Shown: one piece after another, positions 23,201 through 33,390 of the stretch
Layout: the number at the start of each line of letters is the position of its first letter
How positions within the stretch are numbered: position 1 is the first letter of the stretch
Source: Tubiluchus corallicola
Taxonomy: Eukaryota; Animalia; Priapulida
Reading direction: 5' to 3'
DNA: 64,000 nucleotides
Assembly: GCA_030141605.1 (NCBI GenBank)
Contig: JAQGDQ010000003.1
Coordinates: forward strand, 496,001-560,000
Notes under the pieces: generated by a model
Seen by the model: the letters and a program-made list of their open reading frames with translations, nothing else
Databases searched by the model: none
Told to the model about the DNA's origin: nothing
Made by a program: the position numbers and the translations under genes

Positions 23201-26200
23201 CTATAAAACATCAGCATTCAAGAGTAGACCTAATACAGAAAGTCTGATTCAGATTACTAGAAAAAGTTAGTAAACAAAAACATAATCGCACCCAGGCGTT
23301 GCGGAAATTACGGAATGCGGCTTAATTTATTTACTTACGGTGATCTTTTGCTTAACGTGCTTTACTCTAAATTTACCTGCATTAGTTCAGTTCAGTTCAG
23401 TTCAAGTAAAAAAACAACAAATAAAAAAATTATGAAGGAAGCGATATGCCGCAAACTCCGCACCGCCTGGCTGCAATTCTGAAATTAACGCATTAATCTT
23501 TGAACTGCCTTGAATCATGGAATGGATGTTTTCTATGAACAATGTAATGTCAGCGCAGTAAGCTAAAACTATGAAAAACAAAATGTAAAGAGATGCGCTA
23601 AAAGTTTAAAAGAATCTCATGAGTTGGCTGAACAGGCTATTCTAAATACAACAAGACCTAATCAATTCAGATCCAAATTCGCAAGCGTAACGCCGTGACT
23701 GTGTTTACACTTAACTATAGCTGGTCAAGCGTGGTTTACTCATGTCAATACTCGTAGATAATTATGGTGACTAAGGTGACTAACGAGTCTGTAAGGCGCT
23801 TGACTGTACCTGGACCAATGCAGTTTACTCGTGTGTGACTGAGCAATTTGCCATAGTTTTCACATTTCGACTCTTATTCTACCTCGAGCACTACACTATT
23901 GTCTGAGCCCCTACTCCAGGTGTCTACCTTGCAAGTTTCGCGACTCTAATTACCATGGTTTTAGAGTTATTCAATGTTATGTATTTTGGGTTCTATCTCG
24001 GGCCTTTTAAAAAAATCCCAGTTTTTTAAAATTACAGGTACACATCCTACCCTATAATGTTTAAATGCTTACGAAAAAAAATTAAAGCCCTAGGAACTGA
24101 ATGGCATTCGAAAAAGTGATCAACACCTAGTGCCCTTGACCCTTTGACAAGAGGTCACCGTTCACCACATCATTTTCAAGGCCCCTACCTCAGGTATCTT
24201 CAATGCGAGTTTCGTGTCACTTTTGCGAGTTAACATGACTTAGAGGTGCATTGCTCTAATTTTCACATTTTGGCCCAGTCTCGGACCCTTAAATAATTCA
24301 AAATTTACATTGTTTAAACCCCTACCCCAGTTGGTTTTTCTTGTAAGTTTCATTACTTTACTTACTACAGTTTTACATTATTCCGTTTTATACATTTTTG
24401 GCTCCTATCTCTGGCCCTTAAAGAATCTCAGCGTTTTAAAAGCCCAGGTATACATCTGTACCACATTACCTAAATATTTATGAAAAAACTGAATTGAACT
24501 TAAAGTGCTAGAAGTTGAATGGTAATCGAAAAACTGACCAATTTTCAGTGTTCTTGACCCTTCAGTCGAGATCACCTTTCACCAAACCACTTTCAAGATC
24601 CCTACCCCAAAACACCCTGTAAGTTTTATTATTTTTTATTACTTTTAATGACTCTAGCCCCTTGCGTTGCCAGTTAACGTGAATTAAAGTGGAAAATTGA
24701 ATGCCTAACACGATGAAAAGAAACCAGTGTATGCCAGATTCGCGACGCTAGCCCTCGCAGATAACAAGTGCTGTCCGCAAAGTTTTAATTTATTTCGACC
24801 AATTTGTTTATCTGTATTAGAAAAGAGAGGCTCAAACTGCCGACCGGTTCCCGAATCAAAATCTTCATGAGATCTGCTGGTGCCAAACCATTTTGTAGGA
24901 CACTGGTGTATGAAGAATTTTGAACATTGGCGATAAGAAAAATCGACTGCCATTCCAGTCCTAGCGCTTCAGTTAAATTCGATTATTTTTTTCATAAGTA
25001 GTTAGGGTACATCTGAGTCACTAAAAAGCTGGGATGCCTTAAGGGCATGAGATAGGAGCTAAAATACATAACACTGAATAACTGTAAAACTGTAGTAAGG
25101 GCTCAGACAATGGTAACATTAGAATTATTTAAGCGTCTGAGAATGGTGCCAAAATGTGAAAATTAAAGCTTCCGCCTCTAATTCACGTTAACTGGCAAAC
25201 GCGTGGTTAGACACGGAACTCACACTGTAGACATCTGAGTTAGGGACCCTGAAAATGGTATGGTGAAGGGTGACCTCTTGTTAAAGGATCAAGGATTGTG
25301 TAATTTTAATTGCAGCTTTTAAGACAGCTGTAACGTGATCATATTTCTTTGATTTAAATTTGTTGAGAAGACGAACACCAGATGTATCACTACATAACTT
25401 CGGCAAAGTCAACAGGAGACAATATAAACAACAAAATAAACACATAAATGAAGTAATCATCGAGATGTCCTTGATTATATTTTTGTTAGGTTATTTCAGC
25501 CAGGTTTCGACTTCCCAACAGGAGACAGCCAGGTGAGCAAATTGTAATTAGCTCACCTCTCCAGACAGACACAAAAAACCAAAAACAACACAAATGTAAA
25601 GGAAGAAAAACTACATTAGACTGTGGAGACACACATATATATCTGCATACAAGCTTGCGCACAAATATCTACAAACCCATACTCAATCATACAACAATGC
25701 AATTCGTGGAAAGCCACGACAGGAAAAGTCACAAAGTCTCCCAGTTACATCGTAAGTGTATGGCAACAACCACCATGCCTGAAAAATTCTATTCAGAAGT
25801 AGTATATTATAAATTTATGCTTTATAGACACTTCTTTGCAAATGTCATTGTTATATTTTTCTAAGTTTAAGTGATAACAGTAAAATAAGCCCAGCATACT
25901 GAGTCACTTGTTCTTTCCTTTAACAAAATCTAAAAAAAATAGGAATTTGCTCGACAGAAAACATGTTCAACGTAAATAATTCCAGATATACATACAAAGA
26001 ATGTTTTGCAGGTTTGCTACTTTTGTAGCCTCTCTTTACTATTAGGCTTACAGTATACGTAGACTCCCTCTTTTAATAAAATCTGCAATAACCAGAGCAT
26101 ATTCTTGCACGTAGTGGACCAGCTGCATAGCAAGCACCCTCAAACCCATGTTTTCTGGAATATTACAACAGAACGAAATGTATACTTTACTACAGGTAAA

Positions 26201-29200
26201 TTAAAATCGTCTACTTTGTGACAAACTGCAATTACTATGTTTTCATTGCCCACCTTTATGTTAACATCCAAATAATACTAATCTACATTCTTATTACTTA
26301 GGTAAAACCGTTGTCTCTTGTAGATGCAATACCGGACTACATTACCATTTTCATTGACACTTCCAGAGCTAGTTTGTTACTTTCTTAACTTAAATAGCTT
26401 TGCCGTGCGCACGACTATCACAATCTCACACAAAGTATTTCATCTTTTATTATTATGGTATACAATACCACTTCCAAGTTTACAATGTCAAACTTAAACC
26501 CACATATCAAAATAATGTCTGCCAATTTTAGTGTATTTAACTCTTACTTTAACCATGGTAAGACTTTAGTTCTTACCACCTTGGTATGCTCTAGTTCCAC
26601 ATATAGGGACTATATGCGTCTAAGACACAACGCTTTCACGTTACTTCCAAAGATTTGCCCGAATCAGGGTTAAAATCACCCCCATACAACTGATGTAGTC
26701 ATCAAAACGAGCCAACGGTTTCACCCAAATAATAAGAATATAGATTAGTATTATTAACACGTGTTAATATGGCATGTAAACATTAGTAAAACGTAGACGA
26801 ATGGACTTGAGACTAGTCTGAATAGTTAAAAACCAGCATTCACTTTTATCCTTATCAGCATCAAAAGCTACAATAAAAAACACCTACATTATTTTCTAAA
26901 CTACGCTGAACGCGCGCGTGGCCACTAAGCAATATCTCCATTAGTAAAAAAGATTTATAGTGTTTTAAAAGTTCAGTTCTTGCCTTAATAGAACGAGATC
27001 TTAAATGACTATTACATCTACAACTTGTTGAATAAAGCCTCAACCTTTTAACTGGATTACAGTTAATGGTAGCTACTTTCAGATGTTCCATCGCGACATT
27101 AAAACTTTTCTGCTTATTATGAGATTTCTTATCAAAGTAAAAAGATTTAACAAGAATGTCACACTGCAACTGAAGTCTGGATTAAGTAATGTATTGAGTA
27201 GGCTTGTAGCTTTTCACGCTGTTAAGAGTCACGAATAACTATCATACTTCATAGTCAAGCGTTCACAGATTGTAGTACATTTGACTACATCAAATTTTTA
27301 GTAGCCTACTTGGCTGCATCATCGATTGATTTATCAGCATCGAATCAAGTAAAAAATTATGCATGGCTTTTCTACCGTCCAGGTGCAGTAAGCAATAATC
27401 ATTTCAGAATTTTAGCTCTGTGTTATCATTACTCTCCATGCTGCTTATCGGTCAATTACTCTCTTACTCTCTAGATAAGTCGATGTTGTAATTTTCTTCT
27501 TGACTCGGCTAGTACATTCTGCGATAACCGTGAACTTATTAGTTGCTTCAGGTAAGAAACAAGACTTCAGCCGCCTAAAATCTATTTGGTATAGAGCTTC
27601 ACAGAACATGAGCAAAATTGGGCACCGGGCGCTTTCCAAGTTTCGCTTATATTCTTTTCTACAAATACATTTCCACAAAATATTACTGCTAACTGTCAAT
27701 GCATTTTAATTTTAACTATAAAATCTAGGAAACAATCTTGGTAGTCATCTGCGGCCAAAATTGCAGTAATTATGACATAACACAAACACACACGCTTGAC
27801 TTCTCTCTTTTATAGATTTGAATGGTACAGTTAGACCAAACAGTTTTTCAACTGCAGGCGTATTAATAAATCAGATTTTTGCTATGTACAATTACAGGTT
27901 GCCGGCTGCCGCTGCCGCACGTCCACAGTAAATATTTTGCAGAGAATAAAGTTTTTACATTTTAATTCTTGAAAAAAAACTACGTAAGCAGTATTAAAAT
28001 GAATGAACCTATATATGGCTGTAACTACGAGCGATTAATATCAGACCAACAAGCATAATTTATAAACAGTCAGACAACACCCTCGCTAAATAATTTACAT
28101 CATGTAATTAATTAACGAGTTTATTGTCATGACAGGGACACGCTGAGTAACTAATTAATGCATACATTGTGCAGACTGTACTACGTAGGCTACCAGCGCA
28201 AATACATGAAGCAATAGGGTTCTGAAAAGTGTTGCCAAGCTAACATCACATAATTTAAATAGTCTTTATAAAGCAACTAAAGATCTTAAAAAGATCAGCT
28301 AACTTGCTGATGCAAATTGAAAAAGGATGTACACTAGAGGCAAGGATGTCAGACGGCTACTGCAGTCTCTAGATCAAGTTAATTGGCTATATAAGTATAA
28401 TTATTTAATCAAAAGGATAAGTGTTAAGTTTACAAATGCATAAACATGGCTGGACTCAGCTGTTTCTCTTTTTTTACCAATATAATATAAAAGGAAGGCG
28501 AAAGACTAATTCAACTACAACAGCCCAAAATTTTAATGCTTATAAAATATGTTACTGACAAGAAAATCCACAAAATAACAATTACAACAACGACGATATC
28601 AAATGAAGACAACAATGATGACGACAATGGTATCAAGTGAAGATAACGGTAACAACGACAATGACTATATTATTATTGTATTGTTAGGACTGCAGTTGTT
28701 TACACCCTCTGCGTGACAAGGTTTGATCACAAGTCTATATTCATAACCGCCAATCAGACGACGTTTGGTTTACACAGGTAACATTGTAAGAGTGTGCTGT
28801 TTGTTCACATGTGATGTATAGATTGATCACAGGAGGTCGCTGAGTATCTCCAGGCTTCGCTAAGCAATTACTAACACCTTGTTTTAATGTTGTGTGACAT
28901 GCAATGACCAGCAATTCACAGATAATGTAAGCAATGACAAAAATATTATGTATATAGAAAATTCTTCGTTTGACAAAAACAGATGGCACTAAGCAAACAA
29001 CAGTATATTGTACACGATCTACATTATGAATTCTGTCTTGAAAATTAAGTACAGAAAAATTTTCATTAATGTCAGTCGACGCTTAGGACACAAGTCATGA
29101 AACGATTACAACTACTATTTTCTTCAATGTATAATGTAGTAATTCACTGATAATTTCCCAAAATAGGGTGAAACTGCACTTCATGCACAACGAAAGTTAA

Positions 29201-30403
29201 TAATCATGTAATTGTGGAACTCCGAGTAGTGTGGGCTTCCCTTCCCGCTTGCTTTCTCTCCGCCTACCGTCCCTTCTTTCCGGACGCCAGGCATAATAAT
29301 TCACTCTCTCTTCTTTCTTCTTAATACTTCTACCACCTCTCTCCCTCTCCCTCTCCCCCCCTCTCTCTCTCTCTCTCTCTCTCGCTCTCCCCCTCGTCGT
29401 ATTTTCGTTTAACGTAAACACACATAAGTAAATACTGTCATCTATGTTATTTTCCTTTTACATAATATATGCTACACAAAATAAACAAAAACATGGTGAT
29501 TTTCTGGATCTGTAAAAAAGCATGAATGAATGCAAGAGTAAAAAAGAAAATGGATAACTTTTTCGAGCGTTTTTCAAAGCATTCCTTCATTCTTGGAAAA
29601 AGCAAGGACATTGTGTATAAATAGCCTATTTAATGAAGCAAAATATACCGCAACAGAAATAATTTATGTTTATGCTTTTCAAATCAACGTTTGGTTTCTA
29701 AATTTTCTCAGAGGGGTCAAAACATAAAAAAGAAACACATAAACGTATTTAGAATGGTAACAGAGATATCTCCTTACAGCTAAATACTACACGTAAATAT
29801 AAATCTTGTTATTAAAGTTACTAAAATATTTCAAATGTAATCAAATTTTTCACAAACTTTGGTAATATATTATTAGGTGAGTAACATTACGCAACGTATA
29901 TAGAATAAATTCAAATTTAATAATATTATAATGTCTATAAAACAAATTACACTTAAGCCAACTTAAACCTTGCAAGAAAAACCATAATCAAAGTAATATT
30001 CAATGACTAATAAATTAAGGTATATCTAATAAAATAGTTTATAAACTTTGGAATAAAGCTGAAAGGGTGATTTGAAATAACACACAAAAAGCGAGCTATA
30101 ACTAAACTCAGTTTATCAAAAATGACATTTTGTTGTGGTAATTACATAAACAGGAAACATTGTGTTGAAATTCACAAACTTTTTCACTTTTTTGGTTTAT
30201 TCCCTATTTAAATTTCCACACTTAAAAAATGGAAACATGCCTGATAACGGTATACAAATAATAAACAAAGACAATCTAATGAAATTTATCTGCAAAATTA
30301 AGCTATTGCAAACTTATATTAATTAATTAAATATAGTTTCTCAATATCAAAAGAAATAAAAATATTATAATGAAATGTAAAAAATCGTACCTGCATCAGC
30401 CAT
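2177..30403 (-). CDS. HNRNPK: Heterogeneous nuclear ribonucleoprotein K gene (spliced, 3' part runs off the window)
   Basis: Manual splicing at GT-AG sites gives (MADA)[200 protein letters not shown]...RGG. Two GxxG KH domains and an RGG region, closely resembling hnRNP K; all phases compatible. The 5' boundary depends on the inferred start exon. Confidence 0.95.
2796..2920 (-). CDS. HNRNPK: hnRNP K exon, post-KH2 linker and start of KI region ([42 protein letters not shown])
   Basis: ACAG acceptor, CG|GTAAAA donor; 125 nt phase 0-2; PYxP..DE..YGGF motif typical of hnRNP K. Confidence 0.95.
4322..4450 (-). CDS. HNRNPK: hnRNP K exon, C-terminal half of KH2
   Basis: ATAG acceptor, CAG|GTAAAT donor; 129 nt phase 0-0; [14 protein letters not shown] motif. 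Confidence 0.96.
6809..6922 (-). CDS. HNRNPK: hnRNP K exon, N-terminal half of KH2
   Basis: TTTCAG acceptor, GAA|GTATAC donor; 114 nt phase 0-0; [25 protein letters not shown] (GxxG loop). Confidence 0.96.
7250..7322 (-). CDS. HNRNPK: hnRNP K exon, end of KH1
   Basis: TTTTGTAG acceptor, GAG|GTATAA donor; 73 nt phase 2-0; [24 protein letters not shown]. Confidence 0.96.
8214..8225 (-). CDS. HNRNPK: Candidate 12-nt alternative microexon (adds VDAS after GPER in KH1)
   Basis: Minus strand reads TTTATGTTGTTCGCTTTCATAG|TGTTGATGCAAG|GTAATT; phase 2-2, no stop, flanked by YCAY clusters and TGCATG motifs. Confidence 0.55.
9409..9452 (-). CDS. HNRNPK: hnRNP K 44-nt exon in KH1 ([15 protein letters not shown])
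   Basis: CACAG acceptor, CG|GTATGA donor; phase 0-2; VPDS.GPER motif. Confidence 0.96.
11039..11095 (-). CDS. HNRNPK: hnRNP K exon with KH1 GxxG loop ([19 protein letters not shown])
   Basis: T-rich tract + TGCAG acceptor, GAC|GTAAGT donor; 57 nt phase 0-0. Confidence 0.97.
11748..11851 (-). CDS. HNRNPK: hnRNP K exon, NLS-like N-terminus and start of KH1 ([34 protein letters not shown])
   Basis: TTTTTTTCCAG acceptor, AAG|GTATGT donor; 104 nt phase 1-0; bipartite KR...KR NLS and LRILLQSK. Confidence 0.96.
12043..12204. mobile_element. Fold-back palindromic MITE-like element
   Basis: About 73-bp inverted arms (AAAAAACGAAATAGGTTTTTAAAAATGCCTTGGTGGTTTTA... and its reverse complement) with few mismatches and a short spacer. 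Confidence 0.8.
13118..13503 (-). mobile_element. Non-autonomous Helentron/HINE-like element, copy 1
   Basis: Minus strand starts TTTTTATTAC and ends GCGGAGACCTG...ACTGATCGTGTTCTAGTT; aligns by eye over about 300 bp with 54545-54910. Confidence 0.6.
13695..13830 (+). repeat. Short dispersed repeat with CCCTAA-like tract and about 15-bp TGTGCCATTTTTACC subrepeats
   Basis: Same architecture at 54945-55020, 55606-55812 and 58615-58747. Confidence 0.65.
14943..15000 (-). repeat. 5S rRNA-derived fragment (SINE3-like or 5S pseudogene)
   Basis: Minus strand CGAAGTTAAGCAGTGCTGAGTCTTGTTAG resembles the 5S internal control region (box A side). Confidence 0.45.
20067..20917 (+). mobile_element. Complete non-autonomous Helitron (851 bp)
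   Basis: 5' A|TCTATACTCTTATATT; 3' hairpin CGCAAAATCTTTTGCG (20889-20904), 9 nt, then CTAG|T; A-T insertion site with no TSD; GC/CpG-rich interior unlike flanks. Confidence 0.85.
21375..21483. repeat. Tandem duplication of about 57 bp
   Basis: CGTTACATGTGCATTAATTTAGC(C/T)A(A/G)ACTAAGAGTATT occurs twice. Confidence 0.8.
23054..23072 (-). CDS. HNRNPK: Candidate alternative start exon of hnRNP K (MFNDNVG); whole exon 23054-23130
   Basis: CCGTTTCTGTTGCAG acceptor at 23131, TAG|GTAAAA donor; ATG at 23072 leaves phase 1, matching the 11851 exon. Confidence 0.4.
23857..25293. repeat. Composite repeat: two tandem units of about 410 bp plus an inverted, permuted unit
   Basis: Units at about 23857-24259 and 24260-24700; reverse-complement copy at about 24940-25293 (perfect 20-bp match, 24667-24686 vs 25179-25198). 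Confidence 0.75.
25900..27700 (-). mobile_element. Highly degenerate 5' part of a CR1/L2-like LINE (Cys-rich ORF1 remnant and APE endonuclease)
   Basis: Colinear motifs on minus: KCICRK..C (27670), LKVATINCN (about 27080), NNVGVF (about 26885), GDFN (26669-26680). Confidence 0.55.
29241..29390 (-). repeat. (GA)n-associated dispersed repeat, copy 1
   Basis: Reverse complement of 58871-59058, including GGTAGAAGTATTAAGAAGAAAGAAGAGAGAGTGAATTATTATGCCTGGCGTCCG. Confidence 0.85.
30391..30403 (-). CDS. HNRNPK: Probable start-codon exon of hnRNP K (MADAG)
   Basis: GCAACATGGCTGATGCAG|GTACGA: strong Kozak context and a phase 1 donor matching the 11851 exon; promoter-like motifs just upstream. Confidence 0.65.
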
Positions 30404-30439
30404 GTTGCCTTTGATTGATCTTGCCCGCTACCGTCACGA

Positions 30440-30780
30440 CCTTCAGTTTCCGGTTTACTAGTTGATGACTCACGCAACTTGCAGCTCTTAAATACCTGAA
30501 ACCCACCAAAAGCAACCAATCAGCAGGTGCAACGCATGCATTTCATTGATCATAATAATAAGTATGGCAAGCAGGCAGGTAGGATTCTGATTATTGGAAA
30601 ACACACCTATTCGCAAAACCACGTAGCCAATCGTCATGCAGCCGCACAGGTAGTACAACATAATCAATAAACAGCCATCACCTCTTCATACCTGGCTTCT
30701 AATTTGCACGCCGTCAAAATCTGACAACGGACAGCCAATCCCGTTACGTTTCACAAATAAGACCCGAGGCCCAAGGTATT
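30440..30780 (-). promoter_or_regulatory. Candidate hnRNP K promoter/enhancer
   Basis: CCAAT boxes at 30516, 30593 (ATTGG), 30627 and 30735; TATTTAA at 30488-30494 (minus); TGAGTCA site; locally raised CpG. Confidence 0.45.
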
Positions 30781-32626
30781 GATTAAAAGGTCTCTCGTAA
30801 TACAGTCCCAAAGGTTGTTAAGACCATATCATGCATTATATGTACACTGCGACAAATTCATTATGCATACTAGCGCATTTGTTATGGTGAACTGATGAGG
30901 AAGCAAACAAAAAGACATTTCAGAAATACAGTATCAGCCATGAAATGCTCCAAGCAAAATAAAAATTATTAAAAGCAGTAATATACAGGTGTGATAGATG
31001 CAATAATAAATGTTAACAGCTTCAGTGCACATGTGGCCCTCAAGGTAACTTCACCGTGACTCTAAACACAAAGAAAGCTCTACAAATTAATTTTTGGATA
31101 CTGTTCCTTTTAAAATCAACTCCAACTAATTCATACCCACAAAGCTTTTTAATAGGTTTTTCATCATAAATATGTATTAGAAAACTGACGACTTTTTACG
31201 CCTTTGCTCAAAACCTTAACGAACTCTCCTCAAGCCTTATTACATTTAGCCACCTACTGTGCTTACATACTGCATTCACACCTATTCATGCATGTTCGAG
31301 CTACAAGCGTGAAACCTCCATAGAAAACTAACGTAGAAATATCACAGAACATGAAAACAGACATAAAAGCACCTGTGACACCATCCATGAGACTGATCAC
31401 ATGACAATTAAGTCTATTCTGACTAGCGGGGCAATACCTTAATGGCTCACTTATATTTCAATAGGCTCTAGAAGCTTATGATCCGCATAATGGCTCAGCG
31501 GTGACAAGGAAGCCATTGATCGAGTTAAAAGTTTCTTTCGGAAGTTTTAGTCGCCAAAGAAACAGCTTTCAAAAACTAACAGATCATTTTCAAAAATAAC
31601 AAAAGTGCGATTGCTGGTTGTTCTAGTCGCTAACACATTTACAGTGAATAAACTCGAGCAATTAGGTGCAACTATTGCCAAGAGAAACGAGGTGATCAAA
31701 GTCTGAAAGAACTGTAAATTACGAAAACGCATGTCACGATTATATTGGAAATCTATGCTAATCACATAAATGAATTAACAGCAAAATGTAACGATAGGGC
31801 AACAGAAAATGTGGAAATAGAAATGCGAGACTAAAAATCAATATGACTTAAAAATCACTGAAATGGAAACATGGGCAACCACTCATTGAATAGTTGCTAA
31901 GGAAAAGCAAGAAACCTCGACTAGAATATTTCAAGTTTGGGAAGAAGTAGTTAATGCCTACTTATTTTTATCAAACAAAACGAAGTAATACAGTATAACT
32001 AAATGAAGGTTAAATTTAAATGTGCATACCTGAACTGTTCAAACCTTAATCCAAACCAGCACTACTTTTGCTGATGGTGAGCAACAGAATAAAAATATCA
32101 AAAATGATTTTTTATATTTCAGTTTGTGTTAAATTGCTTATTAATTTTTTTGCTATAAATATACAATAAACTATATATATATTAAAAATACAATGCACAC
32201 ATATCTCGGATTGACTACCCATTTTAACGCATTGAACCTGTTGTATGTGATAGGTGTCTTAGAAGAACCTAAATAAATGCTAACTTCATTCAAACAGGTT
32301 TTTTGATGATTTAACTAGACATTTTTGTTATACGTATATATATATATATACGTATATATGTTTTCCTGATATAACAGGAAAACATGTAACACTTGTTATT
32401 CAGTTAGACTTTTAAAAATTTACTTTCTATCTTAACAGTTAATGGCACAAAGAAATCCACTCAGAAAGCGAAAAATTGTGTTTAATAAATTTTTGTTTTG
32501 TCATGGATGATGTTTTAAGATTTTTCTGCATGGAACCAAATCAGTGTGCACCTTTATAAATTACATTACACTTATAACTATTTATCATTATTTGAGGAAG
32601 AGTGGTTTTTCGTGTACTTTGCTTCT

Positions 32627-32684
32627 GAAGTTAAGCAACACTGAGGTTTGTCAGTGAATGGGTGAGTGACCACCTTCAATACTC
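32627..32684 (+). repeat. 5S rRNA-derived fragment (SINE3-like or 5S pseudogene)
   Basis: GAAGTTAAGCAACACTGAGGTTTGTCAGTGAATGGGTGAGTGACCACCTTCAATAC is colinear with the 5S box A to box C region. Confidence 0.55.
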
Positions 32685-33167
32685 TCTCTGACCAATTTAG
32701 TGGTTCACCTTATAGACTTATCCTTGGTTTGGGCACAAACATCAATGATCAATGGTGAATAAGCCTTGTCATTCATTGCTGAATTCCAGCCTGCAGTATA
32801 TCAAACTATATAAACATTTTTTGATATTCAGTTAAATGCTTTTTGATGAAAGTGGGAAGGCAGAACATAATAAAGAGGCTCATGTACAACTCATTAATCA
32901 GCAACCATATATACACACATTGCAAACGAATTTACATGACGTACTATTCCAGTCCTTGATGGACAGTATAACAAAGTAATTACCACCTGTACAGGAAAAT
33001 CAATACGAAAATGCCTTCCCCAACCACAAGTGCATAAAATGCTGATTAAAAAAGGCTGGATTCTGCTGCTATAGCAAAATCTCAAGAGAGAAAAATAAAT
33101 TAATTACCAGCCTTTACTGCCTAAAACAATCGTAAACAGTACTCCTACCCATAGAATATGGAATATT

Positions 33168-33390
33168 GTTGCCAAGCCTGGCCATATAGTATAGAGGGTT
33201 GTCAAAGATTGGTTATGCAGCATAGAAGAGGTGGTAGTCAAAAATTGGTCATATAGCGTAAAAGAGGGGATTGTCAAAGACTAGTCATACAGCATATAAG
33301 AGGGCGTAGTCAAAGACTAGTCATACAACATAGAAGAAGGAGTTGTCAAAAACTGGTCATACAACATAGATGTGGGGTTGTCAAAAACTG
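33168..33390. repeat. 36-bp minisatellite, about 6 copies
   Basis: Consensus about GTTGTCAAAGACTGGTCATACAGCATAGAAGAGGGG, head-to-tail without spacers. Confidence 0.9.

Noticed and set aside
33168-33390. CRISPR array (36-bp repeats)
   Set aside because: Units are contiguous with no unique spacers, there are no cas genes, and the context is eukaryotic
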